Below, in pieces: positions 11,150 through 24,430 of a stretch of DNA of 36,928 nucleotides. The notes beneath the pieces were generated by a model. It worked only from the letters and a program-made list of their open reading frames with translations, was not told the origin of the DNA and did not search any database. The stretch comes from Octopus bimaculoides (Eukaryota): assembly GCF_001194135.2 (NCBI RefSeq), contig NC_068981.1, positions 169,988,326 to 170,025,253 on the forward strand, read 5' to 3'. Made by a program: the position numbers and the translations under genes. Within the stretch, counting starts at the first letter, position 1, and each line of letters opens with the position of its first letter.

Positions 11150-13435
11150 AAAGGCAAGTGACCAAATGACAGTGCAATTAACAGCATTGACAGATGTAAT
11201 GGTAACAACAACAGCAGTTGTAATAGCAACAAATGTAATTAATGCCACAAGCAATTGCAACAGATATAATTCCTTTAGCAACAACTGATGTAATGACAGT
11301 AACAAAAGCAAGAAACGTAATGAAAGCGATAACATAACAGATGTAATGATAACGGTACCAGATGTAATAACAGCAACATCCACAACAGGTGTAATGATGA
11401 CTGCAACAGTTGTAAGGACGACAAAAACGGCAACAGATGCAAGGACAAGAACAAATAAGATTGATGAAATATCAACAACTATAGTGACAATATATATTGA
11501 AACAACAGCGGTAGATGTAATGACAAGAGCGACTACGTATTATTTCAACAAAAGCAACAGATATGATGCCAATAATAACAGCAACAAATGTAATGACTAC
11601 CATCACCATGACAACAACGAATGTAATGTGTAACACCAAAAAAAAAAAACAGCAACATATGTAATACTAAGAACAAATGCTACGGCGATAGATGTGATAG
11701 GAATAATAACAGTAAGAGACGCAACGCCAGCAAGAGCAACTGAATGTAATGATCACGAAAAATGCTTTAGATCATAGACCTGCCTGATCCTGGTTCACCT
11801 AAGGCTAAACAACAACAAAAGCAGCAACAACAACAAGAACAATAAAAACAGAGGCAATAGTTGAACAAATGAAGGTGGTGGTCAGAATTGGAATGCATTT
11901 GGTCATTGGTCTGCAAAGTCAGAGCTGATAACGCCTTTGCCCAGCCGGCGAAATAGCGGCCAAATTTCCTCAAATTACTACACTGCCTTTTTAAACAAAG
12001 AAGGACTTTTGAATTAGGTTATGGTAGAAAGGCGCTGCATGTTGAGAGGATTGAATAGTCACGGCTGGAATGCTTTTCGTCAAAGGTCGACTCAATCTGA
12101 GCGGATTTGTGGCTAAACAATGGCAACAATAACGAGAGATGTCATAGGAAGAATAGCATAAATGGTATCAACAACAACAGCAGCAGCAGAGGCAACAGCG
12201 ATTTAATTGTGTAGGCCACCACCACCACCATCACCCAGCCACCAATTCCACCATCTTCACTACATCTACAGAAACAATAATAACGATCAAACAACAACAA
12301 AAACGAAGCAACTACAGCTCCATCTAGAAATACAAAAAAACAACAATAGACATCAGTAACAAGGAGAGTAAAAATATCTATAGTACCCCCACGGGCACAA
12401 ACATCACTACTGGCATCGCCGCCACCACCATAGCTACAGTAACAACAACAACAGCAACTACAACAGTTATGACAGGAACGACAGCAACTTTAAAAAACCG
12501 ACAAAGAAGCCTGTAAGTGGTTGCTTGCCAAACGAGAAATAGCAACCAATATCCATCATATAAAAGTTATACTGTCTTGAAATAAAAAGGACACATTTGG
12601 TGATAAATAAAGATGAAATTGTCACAACTAGAATGAATGGTTTTGATCATACGTAGGTGTAAACGAACTAGGTCGACGTATATCTCAACATCAACGGCAA
12701 CAACAGCAACAACGATAGCTTTCGTCAGCATCAAATATAGAAGTTAACCGAACAGTATTAGAAATAACGGCTTCATCGACAATAACACCAGAAATATTTA
12801 CGTGATGTTTGACCTAGAAGTAACAGTGAAGCTTCCTCAAAATTTCAACCTACCGCCTTTATAAAAAGAATGACATATTGGATAACTGTTGCCATGGATA
12901 CACTTGGTCATCACTGAAATATCTTTGATCGTTGATCTTGATCAATCAAAGATGACCTGAAGCTAAACATGACCAACAACAAAACTAATAAAAAGATAAA
13001 GAGAATCACATGGCATTTAAGAACATAACTATCGACAACAGCATTAACAACAACGACAATAAAACAGTAACAGATTTATAACAGTAGCATGTAAACAAGG
13101 GAATCCTCTGCTGTCACTTGATCTGTATGAAATAGCAACCAAATCACCTTAAGATCATACTCAGTGGTTGAAGAAATAGAATAAAATTGGACAATGAATT
13201 TCCATACAAAAGCAATGACAGCCAGTTCACTTTTAATCGAAGTCATAACTGATTAGGGCCAACATGTGGCTAAAGCAGAGAAATAGGGGTGACCATAAAC
13301 GAAGACGAACAACAATGAAAAGAACACCAGCAACAACGACTGTAAGAACAGCGCAACCAACACCAACAACATAAACAGTAATATTAACAACTACTATAAC
13401 AAAAGCAGACGCGGGAAACAAAACAACACCACAAC

Positions 13436-13482
<47 letters not shown>

Positions 13483-13496
13483 GCTACTACTACTAC

Positions 13497-13528
<32 letters not shown>

Positions 13529-13783
13529 CTGCTGCTGCTGCTGCAACTGCTGTTGCTGCTTCAAAAGCTGTAGCAGCAACCAAGACAACAGCAGCAGCAG
13601 CAGAACTGTAGCGGTGACAACAGAAGATGCAGCAGCAACAGTAGCAGCACCCACCACCAGCACCAGCACCAGCATCACCATTATCACCACTGCCAACGCA
13701 ACAACAACTAGACCAGCAATATAATAGTAATAGTAATATTAATAATAATAATGATAATAATAATAATAAAAATAATAATAATG

Positions 13784-13837
<54 letters not shown>

Positions 13838-13890
13838 GTAACAATAATAATAATAATAATAAAAACAGCAATGGCAACAGCAACAAGAAC

Positions 13891-13949
<59 letters not shown>

Positions 13950-14810
13950 TAATAATGATAATAATAATAATAATGATAATAATGATAATGATGAGTAGGG
14001 TAAGAATAAGAGCAACACAAACAAATGCAGAAGCATCTTGCTTCTGCCCGTGAAACAAAAAGACGAATAATGTTACATTGACTAAAATGTGCTTTTTTAA
14101 AATATAATAAATGTCCAGATGGTCACGGCGGGAATGCTTATGACCATTTCTTTGTTTAAATCAGCACCTACAGCAGTAGAAGTGAAAGCGAAACTAAGAA
14201 AAACCAATGAGCAATAGCAAGTGCAAACAAAGAAAGTAGTAGTAGTGGTAGAAGTAGTAGTAGCAGTAGCAGTAGTAGTAGTAGTAGTAGTAGTAGCAGT
14301 AGTAGTAGTAGTTGTTGTTGTTGTAGTAGTTGCAGCAGCAGTAGCAGCAGCAGCATTGACTGCTGAAGCTTGCTGTAAGAGTTGCTGTTGCACTAAATTC
14401 ACTAACTTCAATACCGCCAACAACACGATCAACAACACCAAAACAACAACAACAACAACAACAACAACAGCAGAAACAGTTACAATCTCAGCTGCATCAA
14501 TAATACCAGCAGCAGCAGCGACAACAGCAGTAGGAAACCAAATAATAACAACCGCAGTTTCAAACCAACTACAAGATTGTTTGGCAACAAACGCAGTAGG
14601 TGTTGGAAAAAGAGCAACAACAACGTCAGGGTCTATAGTACCAGAACAACATCAATAATACCTGTGACCAATAAGAGAATGACGATGAAGCAACAACAAG
14701 AACGAGAAGAACAAGAGCAGCTACCACAAGAGGAGTGAAAAACTAAAGTGGTGACAACAGAGACAGTTACCACTGCAACAACAGTAAGAACAAGCACAAC
14801 AACAGCAGCA
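11150..14810. repeat. Large A/C-rich trinucleotide mosaic (CAA, TAA, CAG, CTA/TAG), including a long (AAT)n array at ~13720-13990
   Basis: Seen directly. Confidence 0.9.
11770..12130 (+). mobile_element. Short retroposon(s) ending in GGCTAAACAA(CAA)n; partly reiterated 3' ends
   Basis: Tail GGCTAAACAA at ~11803 and ~12111, related tails at ~12962 and ~35492. Body ATAGCGGCCAAATTTCCTCAAAT (11953) aligns with GTAGCAGCTAAATCTCCCTGAACT (29297). Confidence 0.6.
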
Positions 14811-15331
14811 GATGTTTCTCAGAATAGCAGTTGAAGGCGGAATTGTAGAAGATCATATATACACACATACATGCATAGATACATAGATACATTCATTCAT
14901 AACACGTACATACACGCTTGCATCCATCAATCCATCCATCCATCCATCAATCCATCCATCCATCCATCCATCCATCCATCCATACATACATACATACATA
15001 CATAGACACATACATATCCGTACGTACACACATACGCAAACTTACACACGTACAAGCAAAGAGAGTCGAAATGTTTTAGAGTTTTGCTATTATCTCCAAC
15101 TTTCTGCGAATCATTGTTTGTTGTGTAGACTGGAAGGGAGGGAGACTGATGTATTAACTGTCTGTAGGTATGCCAGCTTCTGAGCATGTGCTTGGCTACA
15201 ATACCTCTACAATTATGTATGTCTGTCTAAGTGTATGCATGAATGTATGTACGTGTATAACGTTACATACATAATAAATTCTATATGGACCATGTCTCTT
15301 TTGATATACCAATATAAGCCTACACATATAG

Positions 15332-15369
<38 letters not shown>

Positions 15370-15379
15370 CACACACACA

Positions 15380-15436
<57 letters not shown>

Positions 15437-15649
15437 GTCGGTAATACATGTAAGTGTACACATACACATTCACACACACACACATATCAGCTAGAGCCTA
15501 TAACAAGCAGATATTTGAAAATAAAATCAAACTTGTAGATAAGTGCTGTGTCATCAGTAAAAGACAAAGGAAATTGGGAGAGAGTTTTACTGTTTATATA
15601 CTCTGTTTTCAGAAAACAGTGATGTTATAATATAGCCATAATATTAGGA

Positions 15650-16250
15650 ACGCTAGGATAATTTGTAGTAAAAGTTTTTACGAAGATGTTCGAATTTCCG
15701 AAATTAACATTTTTTTAGTGAATATAAAATGGACCGCTATAAGTAATAACATAAATCTTATCTTGCGCATGGAGTTATCACGGAGCTCAATAAAGAGTGA
15801 AACGAAGTTAATTTAGAAGAGGAACATGAATCTTGCAGTAATAAAGGCAATATTTTATGCAACCCCTTAGCAGAGAGAGCCAAACGAATTGTAAAATGAA
15901 GATTTATAATGAAAATATAAGGAAGCTATATATCGCATTATATACATAAGTTGTTTATAGCTTTCATAGCTTACATAGCTTTCCATATAATTCTCCCTAT
16001 GATTAGTAGGAAAATCCATCCCAAAAGTTTTATATTTCAATCAAATGTTAATTTATAGTTGTCTGGACACTTCTTTAAAAGTATTTTACAAACAAATGAT
16101 GTATAGCTTTTTCTTGGTGTTTACGCTGTTGGCTTACATCCCCAATTTCTACACTATGGTGTCTATACTTAAGAAAAAAAATAAAACTGTTTCAGACGCC
16201 TATGTCCATAATTTAATGAATGTCTGAATGCTAGAAGCATGATCCTGTCC
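15650..16250 (+). mobile_element. Highly decayed PLE-like fragment (post-RT linker)
   Basis: Weak ordered motifs GNILCNPLAERAKRIVK (15846-15896; cf. RNIIWFNPPxSxxVKTNI), IYSCL (16051-16065; cf. ISYSCM) and LCP*FNECL (16200-16226; cf. CPLxGxCL). Boundaries approximate. Confidence 0.45.
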
Positions 16251-16716
16251 GGTGAATTAATCCTATATATGTTTGTATCATATATAGCTTCACGTTTTTT
16301 TAAGTGCGTCTTCGATTTAACTACATTTATGTATCCTGATATTGTAGCCCCAAAAGTGATTTCTTAACAGTTTTATTGAGTCCCCTCCTTATCACTTCAC
16401 ATTAAAATTATTTTTGTCTTAATGTTGATATATTTACTCATATTCATGCGCACACGCACACACACACACACACGCACTCGCACACACAAACACACACACA
16501 CATATACACACACACGTACACGCCCATTAGCTTTGATTGTGGTTTTACAAACATCTGCCTGTTTGTGTACGTGTACTGATAGCATCATGAGACATCTAGT
16601 GAACTGATTGCCGGTTGCAATGTGTGAATCCAAATTAATTAATACATATGCTACATTTAAAATGTAATGTGTCCTTCATGCTAATGAGGGCTTCGCCGTT
16701 TGGCGAAATATATATG

Positions 16717-16756
<40 letters not shown>

Positions 16757-16893
16757 AAGATCGGCCAAACTACTGGCTGGATCGAAACGTACGTAAGTGA
16801 CTATGACATAATATACAAAATGACTCATTACATAACCTAAACCTCCACACTGACTCATTTCACAAGCTCCACATAATAAAACAACGGCTATCT

Positions 16894-17269
16894 NNNNNNN
16901 NNNNNNNNNNNNNNNNNNNNNNNNNNNNNNNNNNNNNNNNNNNNNNNNNNNNNNNNNNNNNNNNNNNNNNNNNNNNNNNNNNNNNNNNNNNNNNNNNNNN
17001 NNNNNNNNNNNNNNNNNNNNNNNNNNNNNNNNNNNNNNNNNNNNNNNNNNNNNNNNNNNNNNNNNNNNNNNNNNNNNNNNNNNNNNNNNNNNNNNNNNNN
17101 NNNNNNNNNNNNNNNNNNNNNNNNNNNNNNNNNNNNNNNNNNNNNNNNNNNNNNNNNNNNNNNNNNNNNNNNNNNNNNNNNNNNNNNNNNNNNNNNNNNN
17201 NNNNNNNNNNNNNNNNNNNNNNNNNNNNNNNNNNNNNNNNNNNNNNNNNNNNNNNNNNNNNNNNNNNNN
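16894..17269. other. Assembly gap (N-run)
   Basis: 376 N. Other gaps: 614-623, 8521-8530, 23465-23824, 28504-28641, 31689-32525; most abut microsatellites. Confidence 0.99.
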
Positions 17270-17559
17270 TATATATATATATATATATACACGTATACAT
17301 GTATATATATATACTTGACATACATACATATATATATGTATGTATTTATGTACGTATGTATATTAGTCTCTGCATTTTGATTAGTAACTGTCTGTCACTT
17401 TTTTGGTTATCAATATGATGAAATAGAGGAGAGACATGATAATACATACACCGGGAACAAATATTTACAAGCACTTCGAAATATGATGTGCCTACAGTGC
17501 TTAGAGATTTTTTTTGCTGCTGAAACATTGCCAGAACATGCATCATAGATTCAATTGTA

Positions 17560-19350
17560 TGCGTTTATTACATGATATTTTCGGATATCCGTGCATTTGG
17601 GACCATGTGTATAGGACAATTGTTTATTGGTTGTAAGCAAATGTTTATTCGTTTTGAGTTGTTACATTTGTATGACCATTTTTCGGTGTATGGTAAATCC
17701 ATCATATAAGAAATAAGCTATTTGAGTCAGCTTGTATTTGGAAATAAATAGCGAATTCGACAATTCCAATCTTTCCTGTAAAACTATAAGGTTTTTTTAG
17801 TATAATGCTACACTTCTCCAAGATACCTATGACATATTCTTGAAATATGAATATAGGTAAGCACATGTTCTGTAATAGACCAAACAATCTCATAAATGTT
17901 AGTTTCATCTCTTTAACTTAAGTTAGTTTTGAACAGTGAAGTATTAAGCGTCTTTCTGATCATTTGATTGCATACATATGCAACGAAGCTTTTTTCTCCA
18001 CTATGCTCTACATAGTTGCTTTGATTTTCTATAAATTCAACATATATATATTTTTACATAATATTTGTATTACAAGGAAAACGGCAGCTCGATAGGAAGA
18101 CACGTATTTACTGAGTGGGAATATGTTAAGTTGTTGCATAATGGATGCTCCAATTTTGGAAGGATTTTTCCCGATCTTATTTATAAATATTAGAATGATC
18201 CAAGCAACATGCGAAAGGAAATTAGAGACAATTAACAATATAATACCCAATTACTTATATATTTGTGTTTATGAATATTGGTATTGTACATGCATTTTAT
18301 GCTATCTTTCAAGACACAAAATTTCTAATGCTTCCCGTAATGTGCAACCGGCTTAAGAGATTTTCCCATTTACTAGTGGTAGTAACTAAGATTTTAAGGA
18401 AAAGTAGCGACTTTAAGTGGATATACTTACTAAGTGTTTTGTAAGGGTAATATGAACCTATACCTGAATCAAGAATCATATCTAAGAAATTAACTACTTT
18501 TAGATACATATCTTTCGTGAACTTTAAATCTAATCCTGTAAAATTTTCTTTCCTAGCGACACCTCTTGTGTGGTTCTTCATATTTCACGAGATATGTTGT
18601 CCATTATCATGTTACAGACCGAACTCTGCATGCGGCAATCTTTACGAATCACCAGAACGTATTCGAAATTGTAGAAGTTTTAAAATTTACAGACTTCAAC
18701 TCCTTCGTGAAGACCCATGACTACAGCAAAAATTTCTTGGCTACTACATTCTAATCAGAATCACATTAGCATAAACGTTAAAAAACATTTCATTGTGCAT
18801 AATAACGTTAGTGCCAATTTATTGAATGGAAAAATACCAGTAGCGAATTCTAAACTTTTAGAAGAACGGTTTAGGTGTAGTTGGATATAACTCTACAATA
18901 TCGAACTGCATAAATTTACGGAAGTGCTTCTTATCTATGTTCTTGAATCACTTAATGACAGATAAACAATCTTTTTATCATGGGTAAGAACTAACGTATA
19001 TATTGCTGAAACTTATATTTACTAGACCTACCTATTTCTCTATTCCCGTATTATTAATCTGGAAATTGGGATCGGCATGGAACTTTATACACTTAAGCTT
19101 TAGAAGTGTTCTATGATTCAAATAATCTTAACACTTCTTATCTATCCTCTATTTTTAGACTTGTAGCTAGTTCTTTTGTTTCTAAATTAATAGGATGGTA
19201 AGCACTAGAGGTTGCACACTACTAGATACTTGTGACATTCTTTAAATAATCAGTGCAGTTTCACGATAATTTTTGTAAAAATGTGCGGTGTAACATTCTT
19301 TATTTAATATCTTTCAATACTTTTCCTGTTGTGCAGAAGTCGACAATTTC
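17560..19350 (-). mobile_element. Decayed Penelope-like element (PLE), reverse transcriptase region
   Basis: Minus-strand motifs in the expected order: INLETKELATSLKIEDR (~19150-19200), FMQFDIVELYP (~18882-18915), FAVVMGLHEGVEVCK (~18685-18730; cf. FDVTMGSYDGAEVCE), GL*HDNG (~18600-18620; cf. GLYRDDG), KVVNFLDMILDSGIGSYYPYK (track ORF 18309-18581). Boundaries approximate. Confidence 0.85.
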
Positions 19351-19424
19351 GATTACATTACTCATCGAAAATTGAAAAGAAAATATAGTGATCACAAAAT
19401 ACTAAAAACTGCATATATGATATA

Positions 19425-19487
19425 TAGACAGACAGACATACATACAGGCAGACAGACAGACATACATACAGGCAGACAGACAGACAT

Positions 19488-19557
<70 letters not shown>
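19425..19557. repeat. (CAGA/CATA)n followed by (CA)n
   Basis: Seen directly. Confidence 0.95.
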
Positions 19558-19561
<4 letters not shown>

Positions 19562-20329
19562 AAGCGTGTATCTATTAGGTGTCCTTCATACATACATACA
19601 TATAGATATATATATATGGAACAAACGCGTGTATGTGTAAATACAAACAGCCGTCATTCGTAAGCGAATATGACTTCACAGTCTGTATAATACTTTCGCT
19701 AATTAATTTAGGTGCATATGTAGTCAGAAGCAGCCATAGACATCTAATTATACACTCGTTCAGGTCATTAGTGACTTATGTGTATTTAGTTTCGATTGGA
19801 AAACACACCGATACACACACCGAAACACATCCATCCTAAACATATACACGCACACACTCGCGTAAAATTTGACATAAATAGTATTACTACTAAATCAATG
19901 GATTTGTAGAAATGTTGATTTGTCGGAAAACGATCTTTTTTTCTCTGCTCTTGTCTGCAGATTTCCAGTCCTGCTGAGGTCAGCCATGTCTTCTTTTTTC
20001 TGGGTTCTGTAAAGTACTAATCAAGTAGTGGATTGATTCGTTTCTTCCTCGCCCTCTCTCCTGTCTTCTCTCCCCTTATGCCAGAAATATGACTTCTCTG
20101 TGTGAAAACCTGAGAGACATATTCTCTTTGTTCCAAGACAACCAAATTCACTCTGTCGCAGTGGATGGAATGTTGTTGCCGAGGCTCTGGTAGAATTTAG
20201 TCCAAAATTACTATTGCTGATATTATTAATAGCAATTTATAACATGAGTAACTTGCTTTGGGCTCTCATCACCTCGATGAATTAGCAGGAGTGACCATCG
20301 ATACATATGACATGCCTAGGGCATTCATT

Positions 20330-20565
20330 TTAAATCTGTAACAAACCATAATTTCAGGTCTGATTCCAGCTGATTTCTTTCACAAAGTAGGAAATAGACC
20401 TTCAGAGAGAAAGAGGTAGAGGAGATTCAAACCTTGTACATAAAATTGCACCTTATTTTCGACCCTGAAAGGATGCAAGATAAATTTTACTCCGACGAGA
20501 TTGGAATTCAGAGTGCAGAGTGTCGGAATGTTGCCGCTGAGCAATCTATTTCAATTCTCTGACGA
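20330..20565 (-). mobile_element. Diverged SINE copy
   Basis: CTTATTTTCGACCCTGAAAGGATGCAAGATAAATTTTACTCCGACGAGATTGGAATTCAGAG matches the family core and B-box region. Confidence 0.7.
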
Positions 20566-21736
20566 ACAGTCCATGGCCTGCATTATAATACAGGTACAGG
20601 ACCTCATTTTGTCGGGCCTGTATAAGTATATCACACTCTGTTCTTAACCGGTGCATTTAGTAACAATCAGTGAAGAGAGAAAGGTAAATTCAAAATCAAT
20701 AGGATATGAAAGCAGATCGGAAAGACACGTAACCAAATCAAGTAATCAATATTGCAAGACACTGCTCTATAATAAAAAACTTCTTTCAAAGATGCTAGGC
20801 TAGAAATTTGAAGTAAGGCAGACAGTTAACCCCAGTACTCATATTTTCCCCACTACCTGACTACTATCCAATGGTACTGACTGCAAAACAAGAATGGTTA
20901 GAATTAATATTCACAATTCACGGGATGTGTAATCGCAAGGTCGTTTATTTCCATGCTCAATTAATACGGTTAATATACGGTTCTCAGTAACAGTAGGAAT
21001 TTCTTACATAAGGACAAAGCCAGAAATTTGGTGGAGAGGTGCATTCCAGGATATAGTTCTCAATGCATGACTGATACTCTATTTTATCGATTATGGAAAT
21101 ATAACATGCTAACCCAGTATCGGTGTGTATTTGAAACCAGAATGTAATGAACCAAAAGAACCTCTTTAAAGTAATTTGACCGACGCTTTACTGATGCTGC
21201 CAATACATCGCTTTCAGTATGATAATAAAGAGGACTATAAACGAGAGGGGACATGTAAAAAGGAATAGATAATGGTTTCGAATACAGGTACACCGCATTT
21301 CACATTAAAGTAAGGGTCGTAATTGAAGAAATGAGACTACAGTTCCTAACTTAACACTAAGAAAATTAAAAGCAAAGTTAAACTTCAGCAGAATTTTAAG
21401 TCACAGCATAAAGGAACATAACAAAATCTCTCGTGTCATTTTGACTGCTTTCATACTAATTCTGCCACCAAAATCACAGCGGATTCTAACATACAAGGCC
21501 GAAAATTGAAGTGGAGGTTTATACACAATCGTGTGTATAGACCCAGTACTTGAATAACTGTATTGCTTTTATTAAATTTGAAAAGAACAAAAGACAATGT
21601 CGTTCCGGGTAGGAATTCATGTTTGGAAAACAAAGGGACTGTACTAGAATTATTGACGATAGTTGCCAAATTCAGTATTAATTGTATATTCCGTATAATG
21701 GCTTTATTTTTTTTCAATGAATATAATTCGTCGTTT

Positions 21737-21737
<1 letters not shown>

Positions 21738-21779
<42 letters not shown>

Positions 21780-21888
21780 ATGTGTGTGTATGTGTGTGTG
21801 TGTGTGTATGTGTGTGTGTGCGTGTGTGTGTGCGTATGTACGTATATGCATATATACATATACATGTACATAGCTGCATATATGCATA

Positions 21889-21965
<77 letters not shown>

Positions 21966-22080
21966 GAATACATATATGTATGTATATGCATATATACATA
22001 CATGTAAATACACATATGCGGGCTACGCACACATACACCCCCCATACATACATACATACATACACACATATACATGAACA
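21738..22080. repeat. Compound (TA)n/(TG)n/(TA)n/(CA)n microsatellite
   Basis: Seen directly. Confidence 0.95.
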
Positions 22081-22139
22081 TGTCCAGTATGTTAACAAGT
22101 AAATGACATTTTGATTTCTTAAATGATAAGTTAAGGAAA

Positions 22140-24050
22140 CTGATGATAATGATGTTGATAATACATTATTTTTTTTTAGTTATTGCAACTTTGGAAACTA
22201 AGAATACAATAGGATATCTAGTGATTTCTTTGTTATACAAACATTAGAAGTTTTGGCTGTAATGGTTTTCCATAGTTACGTAAACATTTCTCGCAAATTC
22301 TATGCCTAGTAGAAATACTGAAGACGATAATGATAATGATGGGTAGGAGGAAGTAGAATGAAAATAGGTGTAGGAGTAGGTAGATGATGATAAATGTGTT
22401 GTGGGTGGTATGATAATGATAATAACGTTGACGATGTTTGCCACTGCTGCTGCTGTTGTTGCTGCTGCTGCTGTTGCTGCTGCTGATAATGTCTGTAATG
22501 TTAAGAATCATGAATAAACAAAAGTGAATGTATTCGTCCAGCAACACCTCCACCCCTTCATCATTATCGTCGTTGTCGGCGTCGTCGTCCTCTTTAATCA
22601 TCATTCAGATTGAAAGTGAGGTGTATTGGTTGTCGAAATGGTTAGATAACGGGATAGGCACTCGAGAATGGTGCTATATTAGTAGTATAGTTACTGAGGT
22701 GGCAGTTGTGTGTAGTTGTGACAATACTGCTTGGTATATTACTTGCTAGAAATAGTTAAGGACGATCGCAAGAGCATTGGTGACTTCTTAACGGCATCCT
22801 GGTGACGGCGGTAATGGTGGTGATGGTATTGACGATGTCACATGGCAATGGTATGCTGGTGATAATAATTATCATGATAATTATCATGATGCTATAGATA
22901 ATTGATAATGATATAAGTGGTATGGCATGGCATGTTGGTTGTGGTCTTAGTAACACCATAGTCACATGGTAGTGGTAGTGTGGTGCTATAGACGTTAGTC
23001 ACATGTTAGTGAATGGTGGCAGTATTTATGATGGCATTAACGATGGTAACATACCGGTCGTGTTAGTGGTGATGGCCATGTGTTGGGGTAGCGGTATTCG
23101 ATAGTTTGGGTATGGTAGGGCAAGGTTGTAGTGAGGATTACGGTAGTACTGACACTGACAACATGCAAGCGGTATAGGGAGTTTAGGCAGTGACAGCTGT
23201 AGTGTTAGTGAGGATAGTGACATAGTAGTGGTGGTGGTGGTGGTGGTGGTGTTATTGGTGATAGTTTAGTAGTATTGGTGCTGGTGACACTGCAATAGTG
23301 GCGGTGTTAGTAGCGTTGGTTGTAGTTTTTGGAAATTGAAAACCAAGATGTTAGAGAAGTATTTTGTTCCTGACGCTGGGGAATAATTTACAGTGTTGGA
23401 ATTAGTACTGTGGTGGTGGTGGTGGTGGTGGTGGTGGTGGAGATGATTTACTGTGGTGGTAGTGNNNNNNNNNNNNNNNNNNNNNNNNNNNNNNNNNNNN
23501 NNNNNNNNNNNNNNNNNNNNNNNNNNNNNNNNNNNNNNNNNNNNNNNNNNNNNNNNNNNNNNNNNNNNNNNNNNNNNNNNNNNNNNNNNNNNNNNNNNNN
23601 NNNNNNNNNNNNNNNNNNNNNNNNNNNNNNNNNNNNNNNNNNNNNNNNNNNNNNNNNNNNNNNNNNNNNNNNNNNNNNNNNNNNNNNNNNNNNNNNNNNN
23701 NNNNNNNNNNNNNNNNNNNNNNNNNNNNNNNNNNNNNNNNNNNNNNNNNNNNNNNNNNNNNNNNNNNNNNNNNNNNNNNNNNNNNNNNNNNNNNNNNNNN
23801 NNNNNNNNNNNNNNNNNNNNNNNNTAATCACGACGTGAATCCTGACACTCGATGCGATGGCCTGCCGTGTCGGTGACGGTGATAATAATAATAATGATGC
23901 TAATATGAGTGATGATGATAATGGTGAAGAGGAGGAGGAGGAGGAGAAGGAGGTGGAGGAAGGCGGTGGAAACAGGAGGTGGAGGTGGAAACAGGAGGTG
24001 GAGGTGGAGAGCAGCAAGGAAGGAATGCTGATGGCCGTAGTGCAAGAAGT
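22140..24050. repeat. G/T-rich trinucleotide mosaic (GAT, GGT, GTA, GCT, GAG) with gap 23465-23824
   Basis: Seen directly; compositionally the reverse complement of the 11.2-14.8 kb mosaic. Confidence 0.85.
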
Positions 24051-24127
24051 GGCATCTTTCACAGACACACAGGCACGGAAACATACATATACGCAAACAC
24101 TGGTGTACGTGCACATATGCACCAATA

Positions 24128-24158
<31 letters not shown>

Positions 24159-24333
24159 GTATATGACTAATATTTTATAGTTATATATATTTATAGGGGA
24201 TCATACACACACACGTATACATATATATCCATATGTAAGGGAATGTAATACATATGCACACGTGTATATATATATATATATTTATATATGTATATGTGTG
24301 TGTATGTATGTGTGTGTATTTGTGTATCTGTAA

Positions 24334-24430
<97 letters not shown>

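Noticed and set aside
13233-14658. Long ORFs (267 aa poly-L; poly-I, poly-Y, poly-T, poly-V)
   Set aside because: They are translations of (AAT)n, (CTA)n, (TAG)n and (CAA)n repeats, which lack stops in some frames. No domain content.
19930-20230. Possible exon or LINE remnant (PRKKKTWLT; FYQSLGNNIP; strong + strand acceptor at ~19960)
   Set aside because: The frames I translated close quickly and the motifs are too short to assign.
20980-21680. Minus-strand exon-like segments with AG/GT signals
   Set aside because: The frames I translated hit stops before the candidate donor or give no recognisable peptide; could be lncRNA or decayed TE, but unsupported.
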